Assembly: GCA_964187785.1 (NCBI GenBank)
Contig: OZ076409.1
Span: 51,090,001 to 51,154,000 of the forward strand
DNA: 64,000 nt
DNA from: Amphiscolops sp. MND2022
Lineage: Eukaryota
Direction: 5' to 3'
The stretch's first letter is position 1. The number at the start of each line of letters is the position of its first letter. Below are positions 1 through 14,427 of this stretch, piece by piece. Under the pieces are notes generated by a model that worked only from the letters and a program-made list of their open reading frames with translations, did not search any database and was not told the DNA's origin. A program made the position numbers and the translations under genes.

Positions 1-193
1 TAATTACCGATTATTCACAGGAACTACCCAGTGCTAATTATGTGTTAATTTTCTTTATTTGAAGCTTGAAATTTTCAGTTTTACGTTTAGTAAAGTTTTT
101 TTCGTTATATAATTTCTTGATAGTTAAACTTTTATAGTTTAGAATGTAATATTTCATGATAATTCAGAACTTCATAACAGTACGATCACAGTT

Positions 194-1021
194 CCCTGGT
201 TGAAAAAAAATGCGTTCCTTGCAAGGATCTTGCAAGATTTTCTTTCAAGGTCTTGCAAGATAATGCATTTTTCTGCAAGACATCTTGCAAGAAAAAAATT
301 TCCTTGCAAGATTTTTCCAAGGAGAAAAATTTCGTGGAAAGTTCTCGACAATTTTTTTCATTTTTTATATTCATTGTTTTTGACTTCAAGTTGACTACTG
401 CATCGTGACTATTAGATTCTGTCACAGAACGGGGTTTGTTTACTAGAGGATTCAATCTCCAAAAAGATGCAAACTCTAGAAAATATCTCTAAAAGTGTGA
501 TCTTAGTGAAATTATTTGAAAAGTAGTAGTACATTTCAGTGACGCAACATTTAAAATACAGTCTCAGAGTATTCTGAAAACTTTTTCCAATCAATTGTGT
601 TATGTATCAGTTATTGATTTGAAATTAGACTGTGCATAATTTTTCGATTGAAATTATTTTCCAATTTGTTAAATTACCCTTCTGAGATAATAGTTATTAA
701 CGTTTTTGACATTATTCTCAAATCACGACTACGTTAACATAGTTTCTCAGTATGAAGTACATTGAACTCAAGAATCTTGCAAGGAAAGCATTTCCTTGCA
801 AGATCTTTCAAGGAAAAAATTTCCTTGCAAGATCTTTCAAGGAAAAAATTTCCTTGCAAGATCTTTCAAGGTAAACATTTCCTTGCAAGATCTTTCAAGG
901 AAAACATTTCCTTGCAAGATCTTGCAAGGAACAAATTTCCTTGCAAGATCTTACAAGTAATTGCATTTTTACAAGGATCTTGCAAGATCCTTGCAAGGAA
1001 CGCATTTTTTCTCGACCAGGG
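194..1021. mobile_element. Non-autonomous TIR DNA transposon (CMC/EnSpm-like MITE)
   Basis: ~45-bp TIRs CCCTGGTTGAAAAAAAATGCGTTCCTTGCAAGGATCTTGCAAGA / reverse complement ending at 1021; TT on both flanks (2-bp TSD); subterminal ~30-bp tandem repeats built on CTTGCAAG. Confidence 0.7.
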
Positions 1022-1859
1022 TTGCGATAAGTTTTCCGCCGGAGGATTTTTGGCGAGTTGCATTTCGACGAATCTTCCGCCTAGTATATTCGACCAGTTG
1101 TTTTCGGCTAGTTGTTTTCGACGAGTCTTCCTAGATTCATTTATAGTTTCCAGAAAAAGTGTCAAGACAATACAATGCAGGATCGAATCATATGTTTCCT
1201 TTTATTTTGAATAAAACTTTTATTTTTGAAGTTGACAGGTCATCGTTGGTCCACACTTTGCCACCCCAAAATGAGTCACGGTCACTGTAGTGACCACCGG
1301 TTGGAAATGTGATAGGGGGCACAGTCACAATAAGTTCAGTCGGGACGTTCATTGAAACTATGTAAGAGTTAGTTTTAGACGCCTACTGACTGTTTCCATT
1401 GTAACTTTGAGTTCACATTTTCATAGTCACAATGAATCCCCGGATAATGATCCAAAAATATCCGGATCATCTGTGTCAAAATAGTGTGAAAACGATCACT
1501 AACGAACACAGCAGCTTCATGTTCGACTTGGAATCTTTCTTTAAGCTCAGCTTCCACGAGTCCTTGCAACTTCATTGGTCGGTCAAGCTGAAATAGTAAG
1601 TATTCAAGGAATGAACTCAAAAGAATGAAAAGCTGAACAGTTGAGTATAACAATTGGTTTAAACACTTTTTATAAGTATTGCGCATAATAAGTTTAGTAT
1701 TCGGGCTGCTAGCAGAAGAAAAAGACAACCAGCCTTTTGTAGAAGGAAGCCTTTGTATTTCTTGAATTTGTATTTCTCAAAAGACTTCGTGATAATCAAA
1801 GAACAATAGTTTGTAACGAGATGACGACAATGGTGAGAGCTTGTCGTTACAGTTTACTG

Positions 1860-2658
1860 CCCGGGTTTCCATACCACGCCGATCATAATCTGACCATATG
1901 GCACCATATAAATCATACAAATTTCCTTACTATGATCTTGCCATGATCGGCCGGAATCATATATGGTCCAGAGTATGATCGGCCTGGAATCTTATATGGT
2001 CCAGAGTATGATCGGCCTGGAATCATAAATTTTTCTTCCAAACGCGGATTGACGTGACATGCAACCCAAACAAAAAATTTCAAATATTGGAAACAGCCAG
2101 CTTTATAGGCTAAGGGCAAAAGAGTCTCATTCGACCTTTTGTATCTGCGAACGATACATTGCAGGTCAGAACTCCGTTAAGCTCTAATCGGAGTTAAATA
2201 CAAACTATAGTCGCTCAATTTGTTCTCAGCCATTCCTTAGTTAATAACTAACTCTTTTGTTATAGCAGTACCCACCTTGCAGTGTGATTTTCGATTATTT
2301 CGAGAAAAATTACCAATAATTCACCAAAAGCTGCCAAAAGTTGATGATTGCTACCTTGTTTTCAATTTGGTGATTGTATTGGACCTTTGGTTGAGGAATA
2401 TCTTGTAATTTCATCAGTGTATGCGTTAATTGAGTGCATTATCCTAGTTTTCTTTTTCTGGCTCCAGGCTGGCCATATTCTGGGCCATAAAGGTTTATGG
2501 TTCCAGGTTGATCATAGACTAAACCATATATGGCCAAGAATATGGTCAGGCTGGAACCATAAACCTTTATGGTCCAGAGTATGATCAGCCTGGAATCATA
2601 CTGTGAGCATGATGGCAGAGTATTATTGACCTGATTTTGTATGGGAGGGAAACCCGGG
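1860..2658. mobile_element. Non-autonomous TIR DNA transposon (CMC/EnSpm-like)
   Basis: TIRs CCCGGGTTTCC (1860) / GGAAACCCGGG (2658), TG on both flanks; internal ~33-bp repeats ATATGGTCCAGAGTATGATCGGCCTGGAATC. Confidence 0.65.
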
Positions 2659-4682
2659 TGTTGATAAAAACGATAATGGCCATTCAGTTGTTACAAGATC
2701 TAGAATGAATGCTGTTTTTATTCGGCAAAAGAATTGAATAAAACGCTTCAACAAAATTTCCATTACGAAGAAAATAGCTGTTAATTGTCGGAACAATTTA
2801 GCAAAACGTCTTCAAAAGCAACTAAGAGCAAAATTCATCCTTCAAAAAAGTATCCTTACGTTTCGAGAGTTATGCGAATCCATGTTACAAAAATCGTTAC
2901 GAATATCAAGTAACTTATTTCTCTAGAAAAGTATTTGTTACGGGGAAATCGGCCGTTGAATTTCCAAAAATTGTTGTAAAATTTTTGTGAAAAGCTTTCT
3001 GAGGAAAATTTATCTGCTCTAAAGTATTCCTTGTCACACAATTTCTTCCATTTCATTTATCTCGCGGCCGTTGGTTTTTTTCTGGTGAGCTTTTCAAAGG
3101 TCTTCCGTGCATACAAATATGGGCCAATGTTTAACGCAAGCCTTGCGCAAAGCTCCTGTAGTTTTTACCCCACTTTTGTAAACATGGGAAACATTCGGTT
3201 TATTGCGAGACTCGAAATCACGTATTTACTGCTTCTCAGACCTCGCCACTAGGACAAAAAATTGGCGTTAACCACTTCGCCATGTTGAAGTGAGAAATTT
3301 CTAATTTATAGAAATGCTCATTGAAATCTGTCAGTTCGCTGGTTCTTTTCAAAAAATCAAATTCGGTTACAGTGCTATATTTTGGAACATTCACTTCTTC
3401 TTTAGTAGACGGCAATTTACTTTGAATATAACGTGAAAGGTTTCGGAAATAGCGTGCTGGGTCACGTGGGAGCGCTGTTTTCTTGAACCTCGCGCTTCTC
3501 CCTGTAAAACGCAACATAGTTCTTAAATAACGTCAATAATCGGATATAAAGCATTATTTTTGCGCCCCAGCACCTCCTCTTTGGTGAAACGCAACTTCAT
3601 TTTTAAATACCTTCAAAATGTTGGATATAGCGTGTTGGATATGCCAAATGGTCTATACCGTCTATTTACTCCATCTGTACTCCATCTGTGCGCTGGAACC
3701 CCATTCTTTGGATTTCTTTGCCGACACGCGTGGCAAAGATGTCTCTCAGTACCAGTTGGTACTCATGTTTTTATCCAACAAAGCTTTAAGCGTTTCGGTA
3801 ATGTGCGGCCCCTTTTTTTGAATTTTTACATCACAAAATTGCTACTTGAATTTTGTAAAACTTTCAAGATGCAAACGAAAATAAGGAAGGATTGTTTTTC
3901 AGGAAGTTCTTTTCCAATTTTTCGTCGATAACTCATTCTTGTAATGTTACTAGAGATGGTTTTAACGTTGTTAATTATTCATCATCAACTGACAACGACT
4001 AGAGATGAGATAACATCCATGAGAAGCTAACACCAATGTCTCGAACGTTTTTCACAAAAAGTATCATCTAACTTAGAAACTTGAAAAACGAAAAAAAATG
4101 GAATTTATTTCGATAACATCATACAATAGTACCAATCAAATCAATGTGACCGACACCATGTTTTAGCTTTGCTCGCGGTGACTTAAAACGTGAAACAGGT
4201 TTTTAATCAAGCACTGACAGCGTCAATTGGTTATGAAGCGCACGTCTTAACAAAAACCTTCTACCGTTTTTCTCATGTTTCGCAACATTTCGAGTTTCGG
4301 AAAAAAATGAGCTAGATCATTATTCGCCTCATGTTTACATCAGAAATTTTTTTGTTATTTGTTCGGTTTTCCCTGTTCTAACGATGTCGAACATTTCTCG
4401 AAAATCTCGCTATGAAAATAATTTTGATTTCTTCAACTACCGCAGAATTGGCATTGTCTTGGAAGTACAAAATTTGATAATTTCAGATATGAAAAAACGT
4501 TGTTGAGTGTTTATCACTGTTAATGGTTGATATTTTTTCTAGCAACTAATTGGAAAATGGATTACAGTTGCCCGCTTATGAACTGCAAGAAGCGGAGTAA
4601 TTTTCCAAAAAAAACTTGATACAAAACAAAGCTAGGGGGCATCACGCTGATAAAATGCATAATGGTATTTTTAGTCACCAAC

Positions 4683-7059
4683 CAGCATAAGTTGACAAAG
4701 TCGATTGTGGATTTGATTTCTTATTTTGAGCATGAGTCGTATTTCTGTCAGCATGTGGTCCTTCTTGAAATTACTTCCTTTTATGGTTTTTTTGGTGCTC
4801 ATGTTTTCATCCAACAATCGGTTCAAAATGTCCATGTACCTCTGCTTCACTTGGTCAGCCAGAGACACTTCTCGGAATCCCATTCTCTGGATTTCTTTGT
4901 CGACACGCGTGGCAAAGATGTCTCTCAGATCTGACAAAGTTATTCCTGCAAAAATGGAATGATCAATTCTTTTCCTTAGTCAAGTAGCAATCATCGTGTA
5001 ATTGTTTGCATTATATTGACAAAAAGTATTTTTCCTTAGTAAAGTGCTGCTAATCGAGTAACTGTTTGCTTTAAATTCACAAAAATATAAATTGTATTTA
5101 AAAAATTAAGTATCTGAATTGCAAGAATATCTTTTTCGCCCAGTAATGTGGTTCAAAAAAAACTTGAGATTGAATTTTGAGGCGATTCAAATTTTTCTGA
5201 AATTTCTACTGCGTCGAGATAATAACAAATATTGCTCAGCACTGACAAAAATTATATCCCGCAAAAGTTGCTGACGAGTAACATTTTCGAAACATGTTCC
5301 AATTTCGCTTCGCAATTTCACTTTAATTTGACTAACCCCCAATCCTGACCATTTTAAGCACGTGATAATTTCTGAGACACTCATCGAAAAACGTCTGCAG
5401 CAGTTCGGCCAGAATTTTGTCCCCCTTGCGCATTATGAACTCTCCCCTGAGCAGAGTGACGAACCTCGATCTGATATGCTCGAAGTGGGCCACAGTTAGC
5501 ACACGTTCCATCTTCTCGGCCCCGTCAGTCTGCCGGATGGCGTTGAATGGCATGACCGCGCAGCGGGTTAATAGTACGTGAATGCTGTATCTAAGAAACA
5601 CACCTTGAAGTCCTTAGGGCTATTGTTTCATTTGAGGGATCGGTTGGTAACTAATCGCAGTCCACGGGTGGTTACGGATGCTCCACCGAATTTCCGCCAG
5701 TGGACCACCGAGGTGGCATATCCAGCTTTTGGATGACAAACAAAAGGATTACTAACAAAATCATGTTGACAAGCATGTCTGAATAACTCTTTTAGAAAAT
5801 TTCGAATCCGGTTGTCACCGGAGGAAACGGAATTGACTGCTCGAAAGTGTTTGCACCGGTGGCCACCGGTGGCCACCGGTGGTTTACATTGAAGTGTCAT
5901 TAGGGGCCATTCCTTCGAAATGTTGAAAAATGTATGGAAAACATTTTCTTGAGCTCTTATCTCTATAAAAATTTCATTTTCCTCACTATTCCAAACTCGA
6001 GTGGTGGAAATTCTTGTTGAAAATTTGGTTATCAAAAGGTAATTTTTGTTCATCTATTCTCTTTTCGGGCTATTAAATAGCCTGATTAATCCAAAACCTC
6101 GACCATCTTGGTCGACCTTAATCCAAAATTCGACATCTTGAATATCTTGTCAAGATCTGGCCAAGCTCTTTCCAGATCTTCCAAGATCTTGTAAGTTCTG
6201 GCAAGGTCTTCGAAGAAATCCAAGATAGAATCCAAGATTTTGTCAAGATATCCACGATTTCCAAGATCCAAGATCTTGTCAAGATATCCAAGATGAAACC
6301 CAATTGGATTATGTAATCGTTCAAGAAAAATAAACTTTCAATATCTTACCAAGAAATTCAAGAGTCAAAATAAAATCCAAGATCTTTCCAAGATATTCAA
6401 GAATTCAAGATTTTCCTAAGATCTTACCAAAATATTCAAGATGTCAAACGCTGGGCAAACTTAAAAATTGCTTGCTCAAGTGTTGTCATGTAACGTTTTA
6501 CGGTTATTTGACTGCCATGTCCATACTTTCCGCAATTAGAAGATTTCCGGTCATAATCAAGAAGCGACACAGTGTAACTGCGGTCCTTTTTGTTCTTTTG
6601 GACGAAGGCCGTTCGAGATAAGTTGGTGTTTCCAACGCTTTATTAGTATCATCTATAGATGACGAATGCTCAGTCGTCACTATTATTAATTACTAATTTA
6701 CTACGTCAGACAGTTTTTCGTTTTTCTACTTTGAAAAAAGGAAATAACATTTACCTTTCATGTCTGGAAGCTTCTTGCGATATAATTGAATACGCATTGC
6801 AGAACGATGATTTCTTGCGTATCAATTCTCTGTTCGTTCTCCGCGGAGGCTCTTTCGCACTATTAAGCTGCTTTTCAATAATCTCGTCGTAATTCATATA
6901 CATGTTTTCGCCTTTCGAACTTCCGGCAAAGGTTGCATTGCTTTGTTTTGAACGTGGAACAAATCCTTTTGAGTCGGCAACTGATATACGCCCGTGGATT
7001 TCCATATATGGGGGCTCATTTTCTGCGCAACAGTCATCTTCACTGTCAGAACTCAGCAT
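4683..7059 (-). pseudogene. Putative spliced gene or pseudogene of unknown product (exons 7059-6755, 5590-5337, 4945-4683; decayed continuation possibly to ~3236)
   Basis: ATG-initiated exon with AG|GTAAAT donor; two GT-AG introns join three ORF-track segments in the correct phase (2, then 1); downstream sequence is frameshifted. Confidence 0.4.
6085..6455. repeat. Truncated TIR-element fragment with dense CAAGAT/ATCTTG subterminal repeats
   Basis: Many CAAGAT(C)/(G)ATCTTG units, ends ...AAACGCTGGG; no matching left TIR seen. Confidence 0.45.
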
Positions 7060-7764
7060 TTTAACTTTCGGGATATGGTGCTCTTTTAATAGAAAGAAAT
7101 TTTAAACTGCTACCCAAATACAAGCTGGTCTAAAACTGATCAAAGCTCGTTGATAATTGTGCACATTTCTTGTGGTTAATGCAGCGCACGCGATAGTGGC
7201 GCTTTCAACGTGTTTCAAAAATTATACCAAATTTTATCATGTACCATCAAAATGATCTGATGCACACAATGTTTGAAATCTGCAATGTTTCATTACTAAC
7301 GTGAACTTTTTCGTTGTGATGCATCGAATCGAAAATTAAACAAGTGATTCAACTTTTCTATATTTTTCTATAAGTATATTTAATAAATAAGTGCTTCTAA
7401 TCAATGCGCAGAAATGAAATCTATTTTTTGAAATGATGATACGTTTTATATTTAGTTTCACAAAAATGTTCATGACAAATCAGAATGTCTGAAATTTTTC
7501 GCATCAACTTTGTCAAAACCTTTTTCCCAAGATTCAATACTACAGTAAACATGGTTCAAAAGCGTTACATAATGTAACTTACATTTAAATCAAACGTTCA
7601 ATAGATTTTGATACAAGACGCCCGCTGAGCAGCGAGATATTTTCCGCCCGAAACTGTTCTACAACAACATAAATTTGAGGGTCAAGAATAGCCAATCCAC
7701 TATAAAAACGCTATAAAATAAGAAGTTCGAATAAGAAAAAGCTTTGATTCATTTTAGCCCATTT

Positions 7765-8116
7765 TTAGTCGGCGCCTTTTCCCTTAAAGAAAAAAGCCCG
7801 ACTATTACATTGTAGTTTTTTTCAGCTGACAATTTCACTCTGAATGGTCCATTTTTCCTACAATTTTTATGAATCATGAATTCTTGCTTGCGAAGTACTT
7901 TTACTTTTTCAAAAGCTTGCGAAGTATTTTTACATCATCTAAGAAACTCAACGGGGCCAAAGGGTACTACCTTAGAGTATTTTTGGCATTGTGAGACTTT
8001 TTTTCATTTTTTTTTCATAACAGGGTCCCCAATTCACCAATACTTTGACATTTTGAGATCCTTTTGTTATTTTTGAGCCTTAGATTTGACGCCGACATGG
8101 GTCAATCCGGCTTGTT
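7765..8116 (+). mobile_element. Helentron/HINE-like non-autonomous element
   Basis: 5' TTAGTCGGCGCC, 3' inverted copy GACGCCGAC followed by a degenerate hairpin and CTTGTT; same architecture as other copies in the window. Confidence 0.55.
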
Positions 8117-11100
8117 AAAGGAAACACGTAATTTATTATTTCTGCCATGGCCGGCCGAATGTCGTTACTTCGGCACTATGCTACCTACCGAGTAAAGGGA
8201 AATGTTTCCAGGCCAATGGAAGTTCTATGCTTTAAAAACTATAGCGGTTTGAACAAAAATTGGGATTGATTTGTCAAAAAACGTGCTTTTTTGTAATTTC
8301 ATAGAATTTGGTTTGTTTTTGAGGCCAATTCCAACATAAAATTGCAATTATAACTAGAAAATTGCCTACTAGATACCAGGCGAGTCATTGTTGTGTTTTT
8401 GAAACCATTTTGTGCAACGAAGTAGCTCAAAAGTTGTAAAAAACATTGCCTAAAACTGTAAAAAGCTTGAACATTCTCAGTTTTTGCATAATTTGTGGCA
8501 TTCTGAGGAAACTTTCTTTAACACAAAAAAAAATTCTTATTGAAAAACTTGTTGTGGACATACTTCTATCATTTGGAGCTTTTGGAAGCTTTTATCTGTC
8601 CTAAATGTCTCAATCTCAAACAAAAATTCACCGAAAATGTCAGAAAGTGGCAAAAATTGCGACATTTTTGACTTTTTTGCGGTCAATATCGAGCCATTTT
8701 CCAACCAAAGTCAGCAAATATTTCTTTACAAGCCTACTGGATTATGAGTTCAACCTTTATTGAACTTTTGCCATTATTCTGACTCCAAAGTATTCAAAAA
8801 GTACACAAGTTTCACAAAGATGTTGAAAGTCATTCTCATTTGGAGTCATTCTGAAGTGATTTTGAAGCAAAACGCTGCAACGTTCTCTTCAAAACAATTA
8901 ACGTTCAAATTCCAATCGTCTTTTGTTATCGATTGTATCGGATTTCTTAACGAAATCTCTCAAAACTTGTACAGAAATTGCATCAAAAACGACAAAAACT
9001 ACAAAGTTTTAAACAAATTAAGGGTCAATTTGAAGCATTTTTCTCTTTACAAACTGATTTTGTCTCTTGATGAAAGCTCATTGAAAAAACAAATTCTTCT
9101 ATTTGTTAGGGGTTTAAACATTCTAGTCCACGAAGTCTATCCATAGTTTGACGAAAAATGAACAAAAATGTTGAAAATGAGAAAAGTTTCGAATTTTTGT
9201 CTACCTCGATGTAAATTCCAGATAATTTTTATTTCAAAAACTGCATTCATCTCTTCTCTAAGCAAGTTGAACACCACATTCTTTCCTTGTTGACCCTTTT
9301 CAACATTCCAATTCACGAAGTCTGTCAAAAAAGTGGGAAAAATGCATAACTTTGAAAATTTGAAAACTGGAATTTTTGTCATTTTCAGTGTCAATTCAAG
9401 GCTTTTTTCATTTAAAATCTGCACTTATCTCTTCATAGAAGCGCACTAGGTAACCAAACTTCTCCTTGTTGACCCTTTTAAACATTCCAATCTACGAAGT
9501 CTGTCGAAACTTGAACAAAAAATGTAAAAAAACTTTGAAAATTGAAAACTTTTTGGTTTTTGTCATTTTTGGTGCCAATTTGAGAAATTTTTAAATTAGA
9601 ACACTGCGATAAACTCTTCGGAAAAGCCTACTGGAAAACAAATTTTTTCCTTGTTGACTTTTTTCAACCTTCCAATCTACAAAAACCTTCGAAAATTTGG
9701 GGAAGATGCATAAAATCTTTCAAAATTGGAAAATTTTGGAATTTTGTCGTTTTCGGTGTCAATTTGAGATTTATTTTATTTGGAAAACAGCAATTATCTC
9801 TTCATCGAAGACTATTGGACAACGAATTCGCGCCTTGTTTAACGTTCTCAACATTCGAATCCACAATTTTTATCGAAAAATTAACAAAAAGTGCATTATA
9901 ACGTAAAAAATTGGGAATTTTTGCAACTTTACCCATTTGTGGTTCATTCTGGGGTCCTTGGGGTCAACTAAAAAAGTCCAGAAATCTCCGCAAATACATA
10001 TCGCACGAAGCTAAATTTATGTGAGTTGAATTCTATGGGAAACACCCTTAAAGTTAATATAAGTTTGGTGCTTTATAAAAAAACCGTTTGATTTAAATAT
10101 TTCTTTTCCCATGTGGAATTTGGACGGAAAATAAAAACAAACATGAAAATTTTTGATACTTTATTTTGAGTTTAAGCTTTTAAGAACAGTTTTTTCATGA
10201 AGTATTTTGGACCATGTACACCTTGTTTCGAATTCAGCACCCCTTCCCCAACACTAAAGCACATTTTGTTGTTGAATAAAAACATTTCACTAATAAGAAA
10301 ATGTTAGATGAGTGTAAATACTTGAAGGATTATCGTTACAGCTGTTTTGACACTTCCAGCAAAAACTGACCCTAATTTTTCAATATTTTTGTCCAAAAGA
10401 GCAAGCATTCACACTTTGAACAAGCTAGAATCGTTTAAAAAGGCCCCAATTTCAACCCGAAATTTCTCCGCGATAAAATCTTATGAGCAACTTTCAACTG
10501 GTAGTCAATGTAAAAGGTAGAATTATGTCGACATCAATCACTTTAGTGGACCAAAATCTCAACACAAACGATGTTGACATAATGGTATTCGAACGTTGCT
10601 TGTGTCCTACTTTCCCACTGCAGCCGCTTGGGGGTGATGAGACATATGGTCCAATAATTTGGATAGAGGAATGATTATAAAAAGCTCCAGCTGCTGAATC
10701 TGAAGTTTTTGCAGGTTAGAATAACCACGCGATACTCAAGTAAATCGACTTTTCAACGTGTAAACATTACCGAGAGTTCTGAGAAGTTTTAAAATGAAAA
10801 TTTTAACCTTGCTGGGTGGATGTCATTTTGGCGGAACCCTCGCCTTGCGCATTACAACTAACAAGGCCCTTTGACAATCAGAACGTACCTGTGAAAAATA
10901 CAAAAAGAGCTAAACAAGCTGTGTTCAATAATTATTGTGTTTTCATTAACTGTGGGTTATCTTGAGTATGAGCGGTTTTTGATGTCACCTTGATTTTTTT
11001 ATATCTCAAATTTATTTTTATGAACATTTTGAATTTGTAGGTAAGTTGAATGAACCCAATACTACAAAGCAAGCGATTTCAAAAAGTTGCATCAAAACAA

Positions 11101-14100
11101 TTGAACAGTCATTGTGTATCTAGGTTCACAAAAGATTGAGCCGACGCGTATTTTATAACTGACAAAGCAAGAAAAAACGACCAGAAACTACGTTTAATGA
11201 ATACCGCAGTCGAATACACTAAGTCAAAATTTTTTAAATGTGCTCAGGACCTGTCAGTGGAAAGCGCGTCAAAACTTTTTGAACGATCTCAACGCGGCAT
11301 TATTCAAATTGATTGCCCGTTTCCAGTTCCCATACGGAATAATTCTATGATGAACGTTAAAAACTGCACTCCAAAGAGAAGATAAACCGTGTCGAAGAAA
11401 ATTACAGCAGTTAATTTCATGAGAAAATCCACAGTTGCTTTTTTGGCAAAAAGCAACCATGGCGGTAAAGATGGACTTCAAGGGCGACCCAGAATCATTA
11501 CCCAAGTGCATGATTTGCAGATAAAACGAGAAGTTGCCGGATTGAAGCTACTTGGCGTTTTCTACAAAAACGGCAAGTAGTCAATAATAGTAACGGAAGA
11601 ACAAAAAAGATCGTTAAAAAATATGCATTGACTGTATTCTACTGCAGATCGGTTTGAAAAGAGTTCTTTTTGCTAACAAAAAATACATATTTATCAAAAT
11701 GCTGGGTAATTGTAGAACATACGGCAAGATCAAGTTAGGAAATCTCCGTAGTTTCAGAGGCAAACGACAAGCTGGAGATGGTGATTTGATGTTTCAGGGA
11801 ATGCTTCGTCCCAATTACATGCTTTCCTTGAAAACGGTCTCAAGCCGTGAAAATTCCTTGGAATACCTGTCATTTGTATCGAGAATTCCTGTGCCCTCGA
11901 TTTCAGATATCATTGATTGTGACATTCAGGACAATTGTAGTAATCATATTGCCCGGTCGACAATTGCCCGGTGAAATTTTTTGAAAATACTGGAATTGAT
12001 GTCCTCAATTGGCCCGGTAGAAGCCCTACTTTAACCATCATGGAGAATGTCCGGAATTTGTTGAGCAATTTGGCGTATGACGGCCCGCAATCCCGAAATT
12101 CGAGAGAATTAAAAATCGAGTCGAAAAAGCGGTTATGGACATAAATTTGAGTTGTTCTAATCAATTGGTTAAGTTGTTTGACTCTATGCCGATTCGGTTT
12201 GCTGGTATTATTAAGAATAAACTTTAGAAATTCCTCATTAGACTATTTCTTTATGACCGTCCAAAAAGTTTTGAAGCGTTTAGTGTCGACGAGCTCGATT
12301 CGCATATTTTAAAAAAGTCCAAAAGGTTTTGACACACAACGTATCGAAATGTTAATTGTATTCCTAAGTTTCGAAAAACTTTGTTGAGCTGTGTTTCTCA
12401 TAGTAATAGGCAATCCGTAAGACACAAGAAGTCGAGTGACTGCCGTTGTAGGGTGATCGAGATGTTTAAAGTTGGTGCTGAAGAAAATCGAGGTTGAAGA
12501 AATTTGTGACCTCTGTTAGCTGACTTGTTTTTAGGTCACGTGCCGTGGTAATAGCGAACGCAAAGTGCCTGCTCATTTTCTACTTCAGCGTGCTCAGCGT
12601 ACTCCCACAACCTCAATTTTCGGAGCTCTTGTTTTGTTGTTTGTAGCTGTTTGGCACTTGTTTTCTTGAGATAAAGCTGATATTTTATCTTCGCAGTTGA
12701 AAGTCTTCATAGAGCCAATATTGAAGAGCTTCCACCTGGAAATGAAAATTATCGTTATTCAACGCCGCCGAAGTCAGCTTGTCCTCGACACTTTTTTTCA
12801 CTCGTTCACTTTACTACTTGTCAGTTGTCCGACATGCTCAACAACACGTGCGAGGATACTGGTTTGTTGTTCTGCTGTTACAACTTATTCAAGAATGACG
12901 TTGAGAAAAAAGTAAAAAGTATACAGTAGGGGAATCAGCAATATAGGAAACTATATCGGGCTCTTAGACACACTTTATCAGTGAAACTTCCGACGACTCC
13001 CGCCATCATCATGGCTGCTTCATATAGATTCATTTACAATTATTTCGAACTCCGGCGGCTCGTCGTTTAACCGAACTGATCTACTTTCAGCCCGGATAGT
13101 GGAGTGAACAGAAGTTGTCAAATCCGATAATCTAGCTCTTGATATTTCTGGTTTTTATCACCCGTCATATTGTGTGAATATTTGCCATATCACAAGACCA
13201 AAAATTAGCTATTACATGTTCTTACGGCATGAGCGTGAACACTTCTTCACGCCTTGCCTTGAACAACACCAACCGAAAAATTCTCCAAATAAAGTGTTTT
13301 GTATCCAAACCTATTGGTACTGAAATCCAAAAAAATATAACTCCAAAATTTGAGCAAACTATCAAAAAAAGCATGGAACGTTCTTTCTAAAATGAACATT
13401 TTTTTGGCATTCGATTGGGCATATTATGCAAATTGAAAACATAACGTCAGTTTCCGCATTCTGAAAAATGCTAGATGCAATTATTGTATCTTCAAACGTT
13501 GTAAATCTTTACATTATGATACAAAATTTTCTAAAACGGTTGAAATTGGAGAAATTCAATTGTGGGCTTTTTTGGGCCTGTTCGCGAAAAACTCTAACTT
13601 TCTTTTCTGCAAACGTCCTGGTGACATCATCTGTTCGTTGTTCAGTTCGATGGATTTTGTAAAATACGATAATGCCTAAATGTGTACAAAAATGCCAAAA
13701 AATTTTCAAAAAAAATTCTGGCTGGTCTTGCATTTTCGGGGTTATTTCTCTTGAATTAAATTTCGATCCTGAAAGGATGATACACAAATACTCAATTCCA
13801 TTATGCACACATTGTGTAGTTATAACTATCAAAAACCCAGAAGTTGGACAAAAGAAGTGAATTAAAATGTCGAACAAACGGAACATCTGTTGTTAGTTTT
13901 ATGCGTATCAAGTCATTGAATGCATGTTTAATCTTTAAAGATGCAGGTTTTCATACCAATGAACAGAAAAATTTTTCCTCTATCAGATACCATGGATCTT
14001 CGTATATACAGAAATTGCTTGAAATGTTTGACATTTGAAAAACGAGTATTGACAACACTATGTGTAAAAATACCCACCAACAGACAAAGAAGTTGATGGA

Positions 14101-14312
14101 CAGGTAAACCGAAATGTCGAAGAAAGACATAAAAAGAAATTTTACTTTTTTCGTGCAAATGAAAGTTTTTTTTCCGCCCACATATAATGGGGGAGGAAAA
14201 TCATAATCTGTATTGCGTTTTTTATACAAATTCTGCCAAAACTCCACTTCATTACTCCATTTAATAACACGGCATAATTTAGTAACAAACACTTAGTAAC
14301 TCCATCTAGTCA

Positions 14313-14427
14313 CCATGGCGCAGTCATCATTCAAAGCCTGCCAGGCACGAGGTCGTGGGTTCGAACCCGAGATGATGTGTTACATTCTTAGCGGAAAATA
14401 TTCTGGTGCTTAGCGGGCGTCTTGTTT
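14313..14427 (+). repeat. tRNA-derived (SINE-like) fragment inside a dispersed repeat
   Basis: A-box-like TGGCGCAGT and B-box GGTTCGAACCC without an intact cloverleaf; 3' end GCTTAGCGGGCGTCTTGT also occurs inverted at ~7613-7630. Confidence 0.45.

Noticed and set aside
770..1000. CRISPR-like regular repeats (also 1950-2030, 20300-20680)
   Set aside because: No unique spacers, no cas genes, eukaryotic context; these are tandem subterminal repeats.
762..1214. 150-aa repetitive ORF and nearby overlapping ORFs
   Set aside because: By-product of 30-bp tandem repeats in a MITE.
10400..13300. Short ORFs and splice-like sites suggesting a decayed gene
   Set aside because: Could not build a phase-consistent model or recognise a domain.
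14313..14370. tRNA gene (also 29850-29910, 55641-55710)
   Set aside because: Only A/B-box remnants; no complete cloverleaf or acceptor stem.
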